Shown: one piece after another, positions 46,329 to 56,012 of the stretch
Layout of the letters: each line of letters starts with the position of its first letter
How positions within the stretch are numbered: the first letter of the stretch is position 1
From: Acidimicrobiales bacterium
Lineage (GTDB): Bacteria > Actinomycetota > Acidimicrobiia > Acidimicrobiales > GCA-2861595
Direction: 5' to 3'
Length of the DNA: 56,012 bases
Assembly: GCA_030448025.1 (NCBI GenBank)
Contig: JAUJNQ010000002.1
Coordinates: 406,971 to 462,982, forward strand
Program-made: the position numbers and the translations under genes
Notes under the pieces: generated by a model
The model's input: only the letters and a program-made list of their open reading frames with translations
Told to the model about the DNA's origin: nothing
The model's database searches: none

Positions 46329-46730
46329 CTACCTCGTGGTCGGAGTGGTGGTGGCCTTTCGAAGGAGGAACGCTCCCACGGCAGCGAAAAGTCCGCCGAC
46401 GGCCAGGTGGGCGATCCACACGTTTCCTTCCCCCGTGAACACGTCGATCACACGCACCAGCATCACCGCCACCAGGATGGCGACGACGATGCCCATGACG
46501 GCCGCAAGGAGGCCGAAGACCAGCGCCCGGGCGACCGTGACGAGCGGCACCGACGTCTTGTCGCGAACCTTGCCGACCAGGCGTTCGATGGTGTCTGCCG
46601 CTTGGACGGCCCAGTCGCCTTCGTCACCCGCTCCGGAGCCGGCTGCCGGAGCGCCGGCCACCGGTCCGCTCGTCACCGGAACACCGGTGGCGGGCCGGCG
46701 CGCCACAGGAGGTCGACCCGGCTGCACCAT
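46329..46730 (-). CDS. Hypothetical 2-TM membrane protein
   Basis: Two hydrophobic helices; abuts trxB. Confidence 0.65.
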   Translation of the reverse strand: MVQPGRPPVARRPATGVPVTSGPVAGAPAAGSGAGDEGDWAVQAADTIERLVGKVRDKTSVPLVTVARALVFGLLAAVMGIVVAILVAVMLVRVIDVFTGEGNVWIAHLAVGGLFAAVGAFLLRKATTTPTTR

Positions 46731-46813
46731 GCCGCAACCCTAGTCACGGTGGCCAGCAGGAGCCTTCGCTAGAGCTGCGAAGCCGGGATCAAGGCCCGGG
46801 ACGGCTCTGGGGG

Positions 46814-47224
46814 TCAGAGGCTCTGGGCCACGAGGAGCTGGCATCCGGCCGTGGACACGACGAACACCCGGTGCTCGAGGCCGGTGCCCGGGGCACGGGC
46901 CACCCGGTAGGCGAGAGCCACGGCAGGCACCCCCTGCCACCGCAGCCTGGCGGCGTACACCAGGGGACCGAGGTCTTGGCCGTAGCTTTCCCGGGTCTGG
47001 ATCGCGCAGGTGGCGGACGACTCCGCTGCCGGGGCGCCGCGCCCTCGATCCTCTATGGCGGCGTCCACGGCGGTACCCAGCGAGCTCGGGTCCGACTGGG
47101 CGCCGAGGTCGGCCCAGTGCGCCGCGTCGCCGCTTCGGACCACGACGAGGGCGACGATCGCCATGAGGACGCAGACGGCCAGCCCGGCAAGAGCCGCCCG
47201 TCGCCGCCGAACGGGCACGAACAT
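46814..47224 (-). CDS. Hypothetical membrane-anchored protein resembling an anti-sigma (RsmA-like) extracytoplasmic domain
   Basis: TM, then C..GPLVYAARLRWQGVPAV..RVFVVS..C; Cys pair. Confidence 0.5.
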   Translation of the reverse strand: MFVPVRRRRAALAGLAVCVLMAIVALVVVRSGDAAHWADLGAQSDPSSLGTAVDAAIEDRGRGAPAAESSATCAIQTRESYGQDLGPLVYAARLRWQGVPAVALAYRVARAPGTGLEHRVFVVSTAGCQLLVAQSL

Positions 47225-47249
47225 GCCGGCGGGGCGCAGGGGTGGCTCC

Positions 47250-48116
47250 CTAGCGGACGAAGAAGATCACGCCCATGACGCGGGGGCCGGTGTGGGTCCC
47301 GATGACCGCCCCCACGTCGCCAACCACGATCTCCTCCCGCCGATGGGTGGGGGAAAGCAGGTCGAGCATCTCGTCGAGGTCCGGGGCGTCACCGTGCATG
47401 ACGGCCAACGAGTCCACGGGCTCGTGTTGGCGCACCTTCTCGGCCAGGTACCGAAGGGCCTTGGCCCGGGTTCGCTGGCGCGACTCGGGCTCCACCTTGC
47501 CTTCGCTCACCTGGATGACGGGCTTGATGGACAGCATCGAACCGAGGAAGGCCTGGGCCCCTCCGATGCGGCCCCCTTTCTTCAGGTTCTCGAGGGTGTC
47601 GAGGGCGGCGAACGTGCGGCTCCGGCCGACCAGGTCGTCGAGCTCCCGGACCACGTCGTCGAGCCCGCCTCCCGCCTCGGCCAACTCGGCGGCGCGGACG
47701 GCCATCAGACCCTCGGCCAGGGCCACCGCTCGGGAGTCCACCACCCGAACCGGTATGGAGCCGGTCACTGCCTGGGCTGCGAGGTTGGCGGCCTCGTAGG
47801 TGGCGGACAGGCCGGCGGAGATGGTGACGCAGACCACGCCGTCGCAGCCGTCGTCGGCCGCCCTTCGGTAGGCGGCCTCGAAGGCCCCGGGAGACGGGGC
47901 CGCAGTCTCGGGCAACACCTCGGAGCGGGCCAGCCGGTCCCAGAACTGCCCGGGTGTCAGGTCCCGGCGGTCCACCAGCTCTTCGTCACCGAACCGCACG
48001 GTCAGGGGGACGATCTCGATGCCGTGCCGCTCGGCCGTCTCGGGTGGCAGGTCACAGGCGCTGTCGGTGACGATGCGGACCGGGGCTGGGCGGATCGGTG
48101 CTGTGCTGTCGGGCAC
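47250..48116 (-). CDS. DegV family fatty-acid-binding protein
   Basis: IVTDSACDL, ISAGLSATY, VVDSR, LKKGGRIG, IGTHTGP. Confidence 0.95.
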   Translation of the reverse strand: MPDSTAPIRPAPVRIVTDSACDLPPETAERHGIEIVPLTVRFGDEELVDRRDLTPGQFWDRLARSEVLPETAAPSPGAFEAAYRRAADDGCDGVVCVTISAGLSATYEAANLAAQAVTGSIPVRVVDSRAVALAEGLMAVRAAELAEAGGGLDDVVRELDDLVGRSRTFAALDTLENLKKGGRIGGAQAFLGSMLSIKPVIQVSEGKVEPESRQRTRAKALRYLAEKVRQHEPVDSLAVMHGDAPDLDEMLDLLSPTHRREEIVVGDVGAVIGTHTGPRVMGVIFFVR

Positions 48117-48476
48117 TCAGACTCCTCTCTTCGGGGCTGCGGCTGTGACCGAGACGTCGTACCAGCTCCTCACCTTGTCCACCTTCTTGAGGACGAGGGA
48201 AGGTGCCTCACGGGCCACGGTGACGTTCACGGTCCGGGCGCCGTCGATCGCAAAGGAACGCAGCGACGCGTCGCGGTCCAAGACGATCTGTTCGGCTGTT
48301 GCCCGGGCCTGACTGGCGTCGCCCGACCGCGAGAGGGTTAGGGCGGACTCGTCGGCGACGTCATGGGCCACGCCGTCCAGCTGCACGCGGACGATGAGCG
48401 GCGAACCCAGCTCCACGGCGGCGAACCCCAGCACGGCGATGCTGATCACGACCTTGGCCAGGAAGCGGCTGATCAT
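48117..48476 (-). CDS. Hypothetical protein, Tad minor-pilin-like
   Basis: N-terminal TM, helix, then beta strands (TVNVTV..DVSVTA). Confidence 0.5.
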   Translation of the reverse strand: MISRFLAKVVISIAVLGFAAVELGSPLIVRVQLDGVAHDVADESALTLSRSGDASQARATAEQIVLDRDASLRSFAIDGARTVNVTVAREAPSLVLKKVDKVRSWYDVSVTAAAPKRGV

Positions 48477-48568
48477 GGCTGTTGAGCGGCTGTCAGGAAA
48501 CTACCTGTTCACGAAGAGACGACGCTCGTCCACGCCGTACTCGGCTCGGTCATCGCGTGCGAATGGGG

Positions 48569-50212
48569 TCATTCGGGTTCCCGTCGAGGTGGACGGGCGT
48601 CGTCTCTTTGCTCACGTAGTTTCCTGACAGCCGCTTGCGGACGCCTCCGAACGGGAAGGAGCGTGTCCAGCTCCGTGACGCCGAGAGCCTTGGCCCCGGC
48701 GACGTAAACGGTAACACCGGCGGTCACGCCCACCACGGCTTTGGCCAGCGGCGCGTCCAGGAGCGGGGTCAGGCCGGAGACGACGGCGCCCATCACCGCG
48801 CTGGCGCCGGCCACGCTCAACCACGACCGGATCAGGGGCCTCCCTCCGATCCCCTGGGTGCGGCGGCGAAGGTGTGCCAGTGCCACTGCGGTGCCCACCG
48901 TGTAGGCCAGGGCGTAGGCAAGGGCCAGGCCCCGCACGCCGAGCGAAGGGTAGAGCGCCAGGGCCAGCACGATGTTGACACCGTTCTCGACGGCGTAGAG
49001 GAAGAAGACGGTCCTGGTGTCCTGCATGGCCTGGTAGGCGCGCATCAACAGGATGTAGATCGAGAAGCCGGGAAGCCCCAAGGCCAAGAGGGCGAGGACC
49101 TCCGCCGTGACCCTCGCCGAGCCGGCCGCCAGGGCGCCGTGGTCGAGCACGAGGGTGACGATGGGCCGGGCCAGGCACACGTAGCCCACGGCGGCGGGGA
49201 CGACGATCACGGCGATCGTGCGAAGGCCCACGCTCAGCCGGCGGCGGTAACCGTCGACGTCGCCGGCATCCCAACGCTCGGACAGTTCGGGGAGCAAGGC
49301 GCTCACCACCGAGACGGCGAAGATGCCATGGGGCAGCAGGAAGAAGACCTGCCCGGCCTGGTAGGCGGCAACGTCGCCCTCCTGACCTCGGTTGGCGAGG
49401 CTCAGCACGACCCACAGGGCCACCTGGTTGGCGACGGTGAAGCCGAAGGTCCAGCCCGACAGGCGCACCACGGTGCTCACCGCCGGGTGGCGTGGCTCCC
49501 AGCGGAGGCGGAGCGGGACCTTGGCCCGGCGCAGGGCAACGAGGAGGGTTGCGGTCATGGCGGCCACGCCCGCGGTGGTGCCGAGGCCGAGCAGGATCAG
49601 GGCGCTCGGATGGCCACGGATCGCCCCGAGCGACAGGTCCTCGGTGACCTTGGGCAAAGCCAGCAGCACCCCGATCACCACGAGGTTGTTGAGGACGGGG
49701 GCGAACATGGGGGTGGCGAAGCGGCGGCGGGCCTGGAGCAGGGCGGTGGCGATGGTGATCACCCCGTACAGGGCCACCTGGGGGGCGAACATGCGCAGCA
49801 AGGTGGTGGCCACCGCCCGCTGCTGGTCGGGCACCGGTCCCTCCTGGCCCAACGTGTACAAATGGATGAGCAGCGGCGCCCCTGCGACGAACAATGCGGT
49901 CACCGCCAGCAGCACGACGCCGGACACGGTTGCGACCGCCGAGATGGCCCGCCAGTTGTCCTCGCTCTCCTTGTCGACCAGCTCGCGCACGAAGACTGGT
50001 ACGAGCGTGGCCGACAACATGCCTCCGAGGACCAGCTCGTAGACGATCAACGGAGTGTTGTTGGCCAGGTTGTAGGTGTCGGTGAGGTCGGTGAAGCCGA
50101 GGGCGTAGGCCAGGGCCAAGAGGCGCCCGAACCCGGTCAGGCGGGACAGGGCCGTGCCCGCAGCCATCACGCCGGTGCTGCGGGACAGGCTCGGCCGCTC
50201 TTCCTCCTCCAA
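48569..50212 (-). CDS. murJ: Lipid II flippase MurJ (MviN)
   Basis: GTALSRLTGFGR, YNLANNTP, LVPVFV, APVLNN; about 14 TM segments. Confidence 0.95.
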   Translation of the reverse strand: MEEEERPSLSRSTGVMAAGTALSRLTGFGRLLALAYALGFTDLTDTYNLANNTPLIVYELVLGGMLSATLVPVFVRELVDKESEDNWRAISAVATVSGVVLLAVTALFVAGAPLLIHLYTLGQEGPVPDQQRAVATTLLRMFAPQVALYGVITIATALLQARRRFATPMFAPVLNNLVVIGVLLALPKVTEDLSLGAIRGHPSALILLGLGTTAGVAAMTATLLVALRRAKVPLRLRWEPRHPAVSTVVRLSGWTFGFTVANQVALWVVLSLANRGQEGDVAAYQAGQVFFLLPHGIFAVSVVSALLPELSERWDAGDVDGYRRRLSVGLRTIAVIVVPAAVGYVCLARPIVTLVLDHGALAAGSARVTAEVLALLALGLPGFSIYILLMRAYQAMQDTRTVFFLYAVENGVNIVLALALYPSLGVRGLALAYALAYTVGTAVALAHLRRRTQGIGGRPLIRSWLSVAGASAVMGAVVSGLTPLLDAPLAKAVVGVTAGVTVYVAGAKALGVTELDTLLPVRRRPQAAVRKLREQRDDARPPRREPE

Positions 50213-50227
50213 GACGACCCGTGCCCG

Positions 50228-52315
50228 TCAGGCGGGAACGAGTCGCCGGTTGCGCCGGCTGCGCCGGCCCCGCCTGTGGTGGCTGGCCCACCACAGCAGC
50301 AGGAAGCCTCCGGCACCGGCGGAGAGGATGACGCCGACGCCCGAGGCGGCGGTGGACCGTACGGTGAGGCGGCTGCGGCCGAGCACGAGGGCGCCGTCGG
50401 GAGAGACCAGGTTGACCCGGAGGGAGAACGCTCCCGAGGCGCGGGCCTCGACGAGGAACCGCTCGGTCGTGTTACGACGGGCCAGATCGATGTGTCGCAC
50501 GGCGCCGCCCGGGAATTCGAGCTTGTCGCTCACGATCTGCACTTGGAGCCGGACGGGATAATCAGTCTTGTTGAGGATGGTGACGGGGATCTCGCCGTTG
50601 CGAGCCGTCAGGGTGATGGACCTGCTGCGGGGCACGTCGATCTGGTCCAGCTCGCGCGCGATCTGGGTCTCGAAGCCCTCGAGGTACCTCGAGCGCTGGC
50701 GGGCTCCCAGATCGGCGCTCTGGGACACGAGCAGGAACTCCTCGAGCTGTTCGTCGAGTGGGTTGTCGGCGGCGAGCATGCTGGAGAAGGACACGAGGCG
50801 CCGGCGGGCGTCTCTGGTCGGCGCTGCCGGCGCCGTGGCCGCGCCGGGCTTGGATGCGGCCAGACGGCGCACCAGCGGGGCCCCGGAGGCCGTGGTGGCG
50901 GGAGGGGTGGCGAAGGCTGTATCGAGGGTGGAGCCGGCGAGGATGGGGCTCGTGGCCAGGCCGCCGAGTAGGGCGTCGAGGAAGGCGGTGGTGGGTCGCC
51001 ACGTCCGGGGGGCGGCAGCCACCACCGAACGGGAGCGGCCCGGGCGGTCGAAGTAGACGATGGCCAGGTCGGCCAGCATCCGATGGGCGGCCAGGACCGG
51101 ATCGTCACTGCCCTCGAAACCGGCGGACAGGCCCGCGTCCGCGGCCATCACCTGGGGTCGACGCACCGCCCGGGCGTCGAGCTCGAAGGGCTGGGCGAGG
51201 GTGATCGGGAGGTCGGCGGGCTCGAAGGCGGACTCGGGGACGACCAGACGGTCGGACCGCTGCTGGCGGAGCCGCTGGACGGCAGCCGCGTCGAGTGGCC
51301 CGTCGGTGACCCAGGTACCCGGGTCGGGGCGGGCCCCGAGGGTGCGGTTGATCACCTCGCTGCCCCGGTCGAGCTGGGAGACCGCCTCGGTGTCGAGGCC
51401 GGCGGCCATCAGGCTCGGTAGATCGACGGGCACGTAGGTTCCAGCTCCCACCTGACGGCCGGTCAGCCCCTGGGCCAGCTGCTTGACCGTCTGGCCATCA
51501 TCCGGACGGGGGCTGCGGGACAGTGCCTGGAGCGTCTCGGGCGTTGGCGCCAGCGTCAGCGGTACGGCCGGGTTGGCGATGAGGGACCGGGCCAGGGCGC
51601 CCAAGGGCTCGGCGGCGTCGGGCGCCAACTCCTGGCGTCCGTCGGGTTGCACGGCCGGGGGCGCGTGGGCGGGAAGCACCAGGGCCACTCCCAGAGGGCG
51701 CCCTCCCTGGCTGGGCGGGGCCACGTACACGAGGTGGGTGACGAGGTCGGCGAGCGAAGCTCCGCCCCCGACCTCCCGCAACTCCACGCGCACGGGGTAG
51801 ACCCCCTCCTCCGACAGCCGGAGCCGGGGCCATTCCGGTGTCCTGCCCGGATCCTGGACAGGGAGGCGAATCAGGACGGCCCCACCCGCGTCGGTGGTGA
51901 GATCGGACAAGGTGGTGGAGGTCACGCTCAGCGGTGCGGTGCGGGGCCGGCTCCCGAGGGTCCGGTTGAACTCGCTGCGACTGGTGGTCCGGCGGTAGAC
52001 GGCCACCGCTACCTCGACCTGGTCGGGCGGGCGGTTGGTCCGGGCCATCACCCGGAGCACCATCTCCTGGCCCGGGCCCACCCAGGGTGTCTGGGACGCC
52101 AGGCGGACCCTGTTGTCGGGGTTGATTGTGCCGGACGTGTTGTCGCCGGGGTCGTCACCGCCGCCGCCTGCTCGGCCGGTGGCCGGTGGCCGCTTCGCCT
52201 CCTCGGGAGCGGCCAGGGCATGGCCTCCCACGGCCGGAACGGCGAGCGCCATCACGATCGCGAGCACCGCGAGGAGGCGTCTCAGCGGTCGGAGCCCTCT
52301 CGCCGCTCGGCCCAT
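50228..52315 (-). CDS. DUF6049 family secreted/membrane-anchored protein
   Basis: Signal peptide, GVYPVRVEL, ITLTARNGEIPVTI, C-terminal TM; usual murJ neighbour. Confidence 0.8.
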   Translation of the reverse strand: MGRAARGLRPLRRLLAVLAIVMALAVPAVGGHALAAPEEAKRPPATGRAGGGGDDPGDNTSGTINPDNRVRLASQTPWVGPGQEMVLRVMARTNRPPDQVEVAVAVYRRTTSRSEFNRTLGSRPRTAPLSVTSTTLSDLTTDAGGAVLIRLPVQDPGRTPEWPRLRLSEEGVYPVRVELREVGGGASLADLVTHLVYVAPPSQGGRPLGVALVLPAHAPPAVQPDGRQELAPDAAEPLGALARSLIANPAVPLTLAPTPETLQALSRSPRPDDGQTVKQLAQGLTGRQVGAGTYVPVDLPSLMAAGLDTEAVSQLDRGSEVINRTLGARPDPGTWVTDGPLDAAAVQRLRQQRSDRLVVPESAFEPADLPITLAQPFELDARAVRRPQVMAADAGLSAGFEGSDDPVLAAHRMLADLAIVYFDRPGRSRSVVAAAPRTWRPTTAFLDALLGGLATSPILAGSTLDTAFATPPATTASGAPLVRRLAASKPGAATAPAAPTRDARRRLVSFSSMLAADNPLDEQLEEFLLVSQSADLGARQRSRYLEGFETQIARELDQIDVPRSRSITLTARNGEIPVTILNKTDYPVRLQVQIVSDKLEFPGGAVRHIDLARRNTTERFLVEARASGAFSLRVNLVSPDGALVLGRSRLTVRSTAASGVGVILSAGAGGFLLLWWASHHRRGRRSRRNRRLVPA

Positions 52316-53109
52316 GGGCGGGCCCGCAGGCCGCTTTGCAGGCCGGCGGTCAGGACGGACAACCCACGCGGCTCGCGACGAAAGCCCAGGCCCTCGTACA
52401 GAGCCAAGGCGGCCCGGTTGCCGGTGGGCGTATTGACGACCGCCCGTTCCGTTCCCCATCGCCGCAGCCACCGCAGGGCGTCGAGGACCAGGACCCGGCC
52501 CAGGCCCCGGCGGCGGTGCGCAGGGTCGACGGCCAACCTCTGCAGGAAGCCCCGCCACCGGGCGCGGCCCGTGAGGGCGTAGGCGATGACCACGTCCCCG
52601 CTGGTGATGACACGAAAGCGGGTATGCGACGTGGCCCGGATTGCGTCGTCGAGGCCCCGCTGGTCCAGATGCCAGAACGTGGGGAACGCCCGCCCGTCGA
52701 GCTCGAGCACCGCCCGGTGGTCGCCGGAGCGGGCCCGTCGATGACTGGCGGGCACCGTGTGGACACCTGCCCGAGACGCGGTTCCCTGGCCCATGGATCG
52801 CCGAGCCCCAGGGAGAGCTCCAGGGAGGTGGCGCAGGTCGTGGCCCAAGAGGTGGAGACGCTCCTGGACCTCGAATCCGGCCCCGAGGAACGCCATCTGC
52901 TCCATGGGCGAAAGGGCATTGGTGACCACTCGGGAGAAGCCTCGGGCGCTCAGCTCGGCCATGGCCCAGCGCACGAAACCGACCGAAGGCGTCGGCCCAT
53001 CGGGCAATGGCACCAGGTAGGCGACGCGAAGGTCCCCTTGCCATGGTCCGGCCCGGGCCTGCTCCCGCCCCCAGCGGATGACGTCACTGTCCTCAGCGCG
53101 AGAGATCAT
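52282..53109 (-). CDS. GNAT family N-acetyltransferase
   Basis: LQRLAVDPAHRRRGLGR..NRAALALYEGLGF. Confidence 0.9.
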   Translation of the reverse strand: MISRAEDSDVIRWGREQARAGPWQGDLRVAYLVPLPDGPTPSVGFVRWAMAELSARGFSRVVTNALSPMEQMAFLGAGFEVQERLHLLGHDLRHLPGALPGARRSMGQGTASRAGVHTVPASHRRARSGDHRAVLELDGRAFPTFWHLDQRGLDDAIRATSHTRFRVITSGDVVIAYALTGRARWRGFLQRLAVDPAHRRRGLGRVLVLDALRWLRRWGTERAVVNTPTGNRAALALYEGLGFRREPRGLSVLTAGLQSGLRARPWAERREGSDR

Positions 53110-53176
53110 TTCGACGGTCCGAGGTTACCGGTGTGGCATCGGGAGCCCCTACCGCGGGGCAACCTAGTCTTCGGGA

Positions 53177-54568
53177 GTGTCGTCGGAGGAGCGAAACGCC
53201 GAGCGTCTGGCGCCCCTGGTCCGGGAGACGGCGTGGCTGGTGGAGCGGTTCCAGTCGGCCGGCCGCAGCCTGTACCTGGTTGGTGGCGTGGTGCGCGACG
53301 CGGCCCTTGGCCGCATCGATCCGGCAGGGGATCTCGACCTCACCACCGACGCCCGCCCCGAGGAGATCAAGCGGCTGGTGAGACCGGGGGCCGACGCCGT
53401 CTGGGACCAGGGGGCGCGCTTCGGCACCATCGGCGTCAAGAGGGACGGCCGATCCTTCGAGATCACCACCCACCGGGCCGAGGCCTACCATCCCGACTCC
53501 CGCAAGCCCGACGTCGCCTTCGCCGACGCCGTGGAGGCCGACCTCTCCCGCCGGGACTTCACCGTCAACGCCATGGCCCTTCGTCTGCCCGACCTCCACC
53601 TCGTCGATCCCTTCGGGGGGGCGCCCGACCTGGTCGCATCCCGGCTGCGAACACCCATGGCCCCCGAGGAGTCCTTCGCCGACGACCCCCTGCGCATGCT
53701 CCGGGCGGCCCGCTTCATTGCCGGTCTCGGCCTGCGTCCCGACCCGGCCCTGACCGAGGCCGTGGAAGTGATGCACGACCGCCTGGCCATCGTGTCCGCC
53801 GAGCGTTTGCGAGCCGAGCTGGACAAGCTGCTCGTCGTCGAACGCCCTGGAGAGGGCCTCTGGTTCCTGGTCCGCACCGGCCTCGCCGGCGAGTTCCTGC
53901 CCGAGCTCCCGGCGCTGGCGCTGGAGCAGGACCCGATCCATCGCCACAAGGACGTGCTGGCCCACACCATCGCCGTGGTCGAGCAGGTGCCGGCGGAGCG
54001 CATCGTGCGCCTGGCGGCGCTGTTCCACGACGTCGGCAAGCCCCGTACGAGGTCGTTCGGGCCGGGTGGCGTGTCCTTCCACCATCACGAGGTGGTAGGT
54101 GCCCGGATGACCCGAGAGCGCATGCGGGCGCTGCGCTACCCCAACGAGGACGTTGATTCGGTGTCCCGGTTGGTGGAGCTCCACCTGCGGTTCCACACCT
54201 ACCGCTTCGGGTGGAGCGACTCGGCCATCCGCCGTTACGTTCGCGACGCCGGGCCCCTGCTGGATCGCCTCAACCAGCTCACCCGCGGCGACTGCACCAC
54301 GCGCAACCGTCGCAAGGCGGCCGAGCTGGCCGAGCGCATGGACGGGCTGGAGGAGGACATCGCCAGGCTCCGGGAGAAGGAGGAGCTGGCGGCCATCCGG
54401 CCCGACCTCGATGGTCGCCAGGTGATGGAGCACCTCGGCGTGGGGCCGGGCAGGGAGGTGGGCGAGGCGTTGGCCCACCTCCTCGAGGTCCGCCTGGACG
54501 AGGGCCCCCTCGGTGAGGAAGAGGCCCGTCACCGGCTCGACCGATGGTGGAAGTCACGCCAGGGTTGA
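53177..54568 (+). CDS. cca: CCA tRNA nucleotidyltransferase / poly(A) polymerase family with HD domain
   Basis: LVGGVVRD..DLDLTT, DLSRRDFTVNAMA, DDPLRMLRAARF, HDVGKP. Confidence 0.92.
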   Translation: MSSEERNAERLAPLVRETAWLVERFQSAGRSLYLVGGVVRDAALGRIDPAGDLDLTTDARPEEIKRLVRPGADAVWDQGARFGTIGVKRDGRSFEITTHRAEAYHPDSRKPDVAFADAVEADLSRRDFTVNAMALRLPDLHLVDPFGGAPDLVASRLRTPMAPEESFADDPLRMLRAARFIAGLGLRPDPALTEAVEVMHDRLAIVSAERLRAELDKLLVVERPGEGLWFLVRTGLAGEFLPELPALALEQDPIHRHKDVLAHTIAVVEQVPAERIVRLAALFHDVGKPRTRSFGPGGVSFHHHEVVGARMTRERMRALRYPNEDVDSVSRLVELHLRFHTYRFGWSDSAIRRYVRDAGPLLDRLNQLTRGDCTTRNRRKAAELAERMDGLEEDIARLREKEELAAIRPDLDGRQVMEHLGVGPGREVGEALAHLLEVRLDEGPLGEEEARHRLDRWWKSRQG

Positions 54569-54621
54569 AGTCACTCCAGCAGGGTGCCGTCCACGTCCCA
54601 GGGATCAGCCGGTCCAGGCTC

Positions 54622-55341
54622 TTAGAAGCCGTCCTTGCGGGCCCGCACGATGAGAGCCCGGGGCACGTAGCGGGAGGCGGGGTGGTGAGCCACGTGCGCA
54701 GGTCCCCGTACCGGTTCCGGCTCGATCACCGTGTCGATCCGGTAGCCCGAGCGCACCAGCCCGACCAGGAGGTCGGCGAGGGTGTGATGGTGAAGCTCGA
54801 CGATCTCCCCGCTGCGGTGCTCGCTGGAGGCGGCCCGGTCGAAGTAGGAGCGGGCGACCACGGGCGGGCGCAGCACGTCGTTGTCGTCGAAGATGTCGTA
54901 CACCGGGTGGCGCAGGCTGAACACGAGGGACCCCCCGACCTTGAGGACCCGGTGCGCCTGGCGGAACACCCGCTCCACGTCCCCGCCGTAGGTGAGGGCG
55001 AAGGCGCTGAACACGAGGTCGACGGAATCGGCCCGAAGGAAGGCCAGGTCCGCCAGGTCGCTCTGGCGGAGCTCCACCCGCACCCTCTCGCGTTCGCAGA
55101 GCCGCTTGGCGGCGTCGATCATGTGGGGGGAGAAGTCCACGCCGATGGCGGTGGCACCTTGGCGGGCGAAGGCGATGGAGCGCTGCGCCGTGCCGCAGCC
55201 GAGCTCCAGCACCCGCTTGCCCTTCAGGTCCCCGAGGAGGCGGAAATCGTCCTCCGTACCCACGTCGGGGCCGTAGGTGACGATGTCGGTGGGAACGGCG
55301 GGTGTACCAGGGCCGAAGCTCACGGGGGAATCTTGGTACAT
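54622..55341 (-). CDS. Class I SAM-dependent methyltransferase
   Basis: RVLELGCGTA, GVDFS, RVLKVGG. Confidence 0.9.
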   Translation of the reverse strand: MYQDSPVSFGPGTPAVPTDIVTYGPDVGTEDDFRLLGDLKGKRVLELGCGTAQRSIAFARQGATAIGVDFSPHMIDAAKRLCERERVRVELRQSDLADLAFLRADSVDLVFSAFALTYGGDVERVFRQAHRVLKVGGSLVFSLRHPVYDIFDDNDVLRPPVVARSYFDRAASSEHRSGEIVELHHHTLADLLVGLVRSGYRIDTVIEPEPVRGPAHVAHHPASRYVPRALIVRARKDGF

Positions 55342-55350
55342 CGTGGGCGG

Positions 55351-56010
55351 CTACGGGCCGGAGGCGAAATCCTCCACCATGCTGCGGGCGTTCTCGTCTC
55401 GGTACTGCACGGGAGGCGACTTCATGAAGTAGGCGGACGGCCCGTCCAGCGGACCGCCGATGCCCCGGTCCAGAGCGACCTTGACGCAGCGCAGGGCGTC
55501 GATCACCACGCCCGCCGAGTTGGGTGAGTCCCAGACCTCGAGCTTGAGCTCGACGTTGAGCGCCACGTCACCGAAGCCGCGGCCTTCGAGGCGGATGTAG
55601 GCCCACTTGCGGTCGTCGAGCCAGCTCACGTGGTCGGACGGACCGATGTGGACGTCGTCGTCGGCGATGCCGTTGTCGAGCTGGGAGGTGACGGCCTGGG
55701 TCTTGGACACCTTCTTGGACTCGAGCCGGGTGCGCTCCAGCATGTTCTTGAAGTCCATGTTCCCGCCCACGTTCAGCTGGTACGTGCGGTCGAGCACCAT
55801 GCCGCGGTCCTCGAACAGCCGGGCCAGGACTCGATGCACGATGGTGGCCCCGACCTGGCTCTTGATGTCGTCGCCCACGATGGGCACGCCCGCAGCCTGG
55901 AAGCGCCGGGCCCAGCCCGGGTCGCTGGCGATGAAGACGGGGATGGCGTTGACGAAGCCCACCCCGGCCTCGATGCAGGCCTCGGCGTAGTGGCGCTGGG
56001 CCAGCTCCGA
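55351..56010 (-). CDS. ino1: myo-inositol-1-phosphate synthase (5' part outside the window)
   Basis: [47 protein letters not shown]. Confidence 0.97.
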   Translation of the reverse strand, partial: SELAQRHYAEACIEAGVGFVNAIPVFIASDPGWARRFQAAGVPIVGDDIKSQVGATIVHRVLARLFEDRGMVLDRTYQLNVGGNMDFKNMLERTRLESKKVSKTQAVTSQLDNGIADDDVHIGPSDHVSWLDDRKWAYIRLEGRGFGDVALNVELKLEVWDSPNSAGVVIDALRCVKVALDRGIGGPLDGPSAYFMKSPPVQYRDENARSMVEDFASGP

Positions 56011-56012
56011 GC

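Noticed and set aside
50228-53044. 938-aa ORF as a single protein
   Set aside because: The first ~240 aa overlap the GNAT gene in another frame; a signal peptide begins at ATG 52315.
1-56012. CRISPR array, rRNA, tRNA-Sec or sel genes
   Set aside because: No repeat-spacer periodicity, rRNA-like sequence or selA/B/C/D recognised by eye; the short repeats found are 9-10 bp binding-site type or coding repeats.

Overview
High-GC actinobacterial (Acidimicrobiia-like, inferred from protein style and gene order) chromosome segment spanning the replication origin. The right half (28-56 kb) is the conserved oriC neighbourhood: gyrA-gyrB-dciA-recF-dnaN-oriC-dnaA / rpmH-rnpA-yidD-yidC-jag-rsmG-parS-parA-parB, then cwlM-like, trxA, trxB, degV, murJ, DUF6049, GNAT, CCA enzyme, a methyltransferase and ino1. 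The left half is accessory DNA around tRNA-Ile and tRNA-Ala, which are usually neighbours but here lie about 18 kb apart. (i) A ~7.7 kb serine-recombinase island sits in the tRNA-Ile 3' end; its att halves can be reconstructed. It carries an uncharacterised papain/C39-like peptidase facing a 3-TM effector-like gene, each preceded by a short acidic-then-Arg-rich ORF. (ii) A tightly coupled selenoprotein glycine/betaine-reductase-like operon (grdE/I-grdB[Sec]-grdC-trx-grdA[Sec]) is atypical: no grdD, no pyruvoyl-forming Cys in the GrdE homologue, and UxxGxxC instead of UxxCxxC. (iii) A tyrosine-integrase mobilisable element downstream of tRNA-Ala carries vapBC, a relaxase fused to the tail of an unrelated protein, and a HEPN gene. 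A desaturase-GH3 pair lies at the left edge. GyrA has a very unusual QRDR (HPHSPE). All family calls come from motif recognition by eye; no searches were run.
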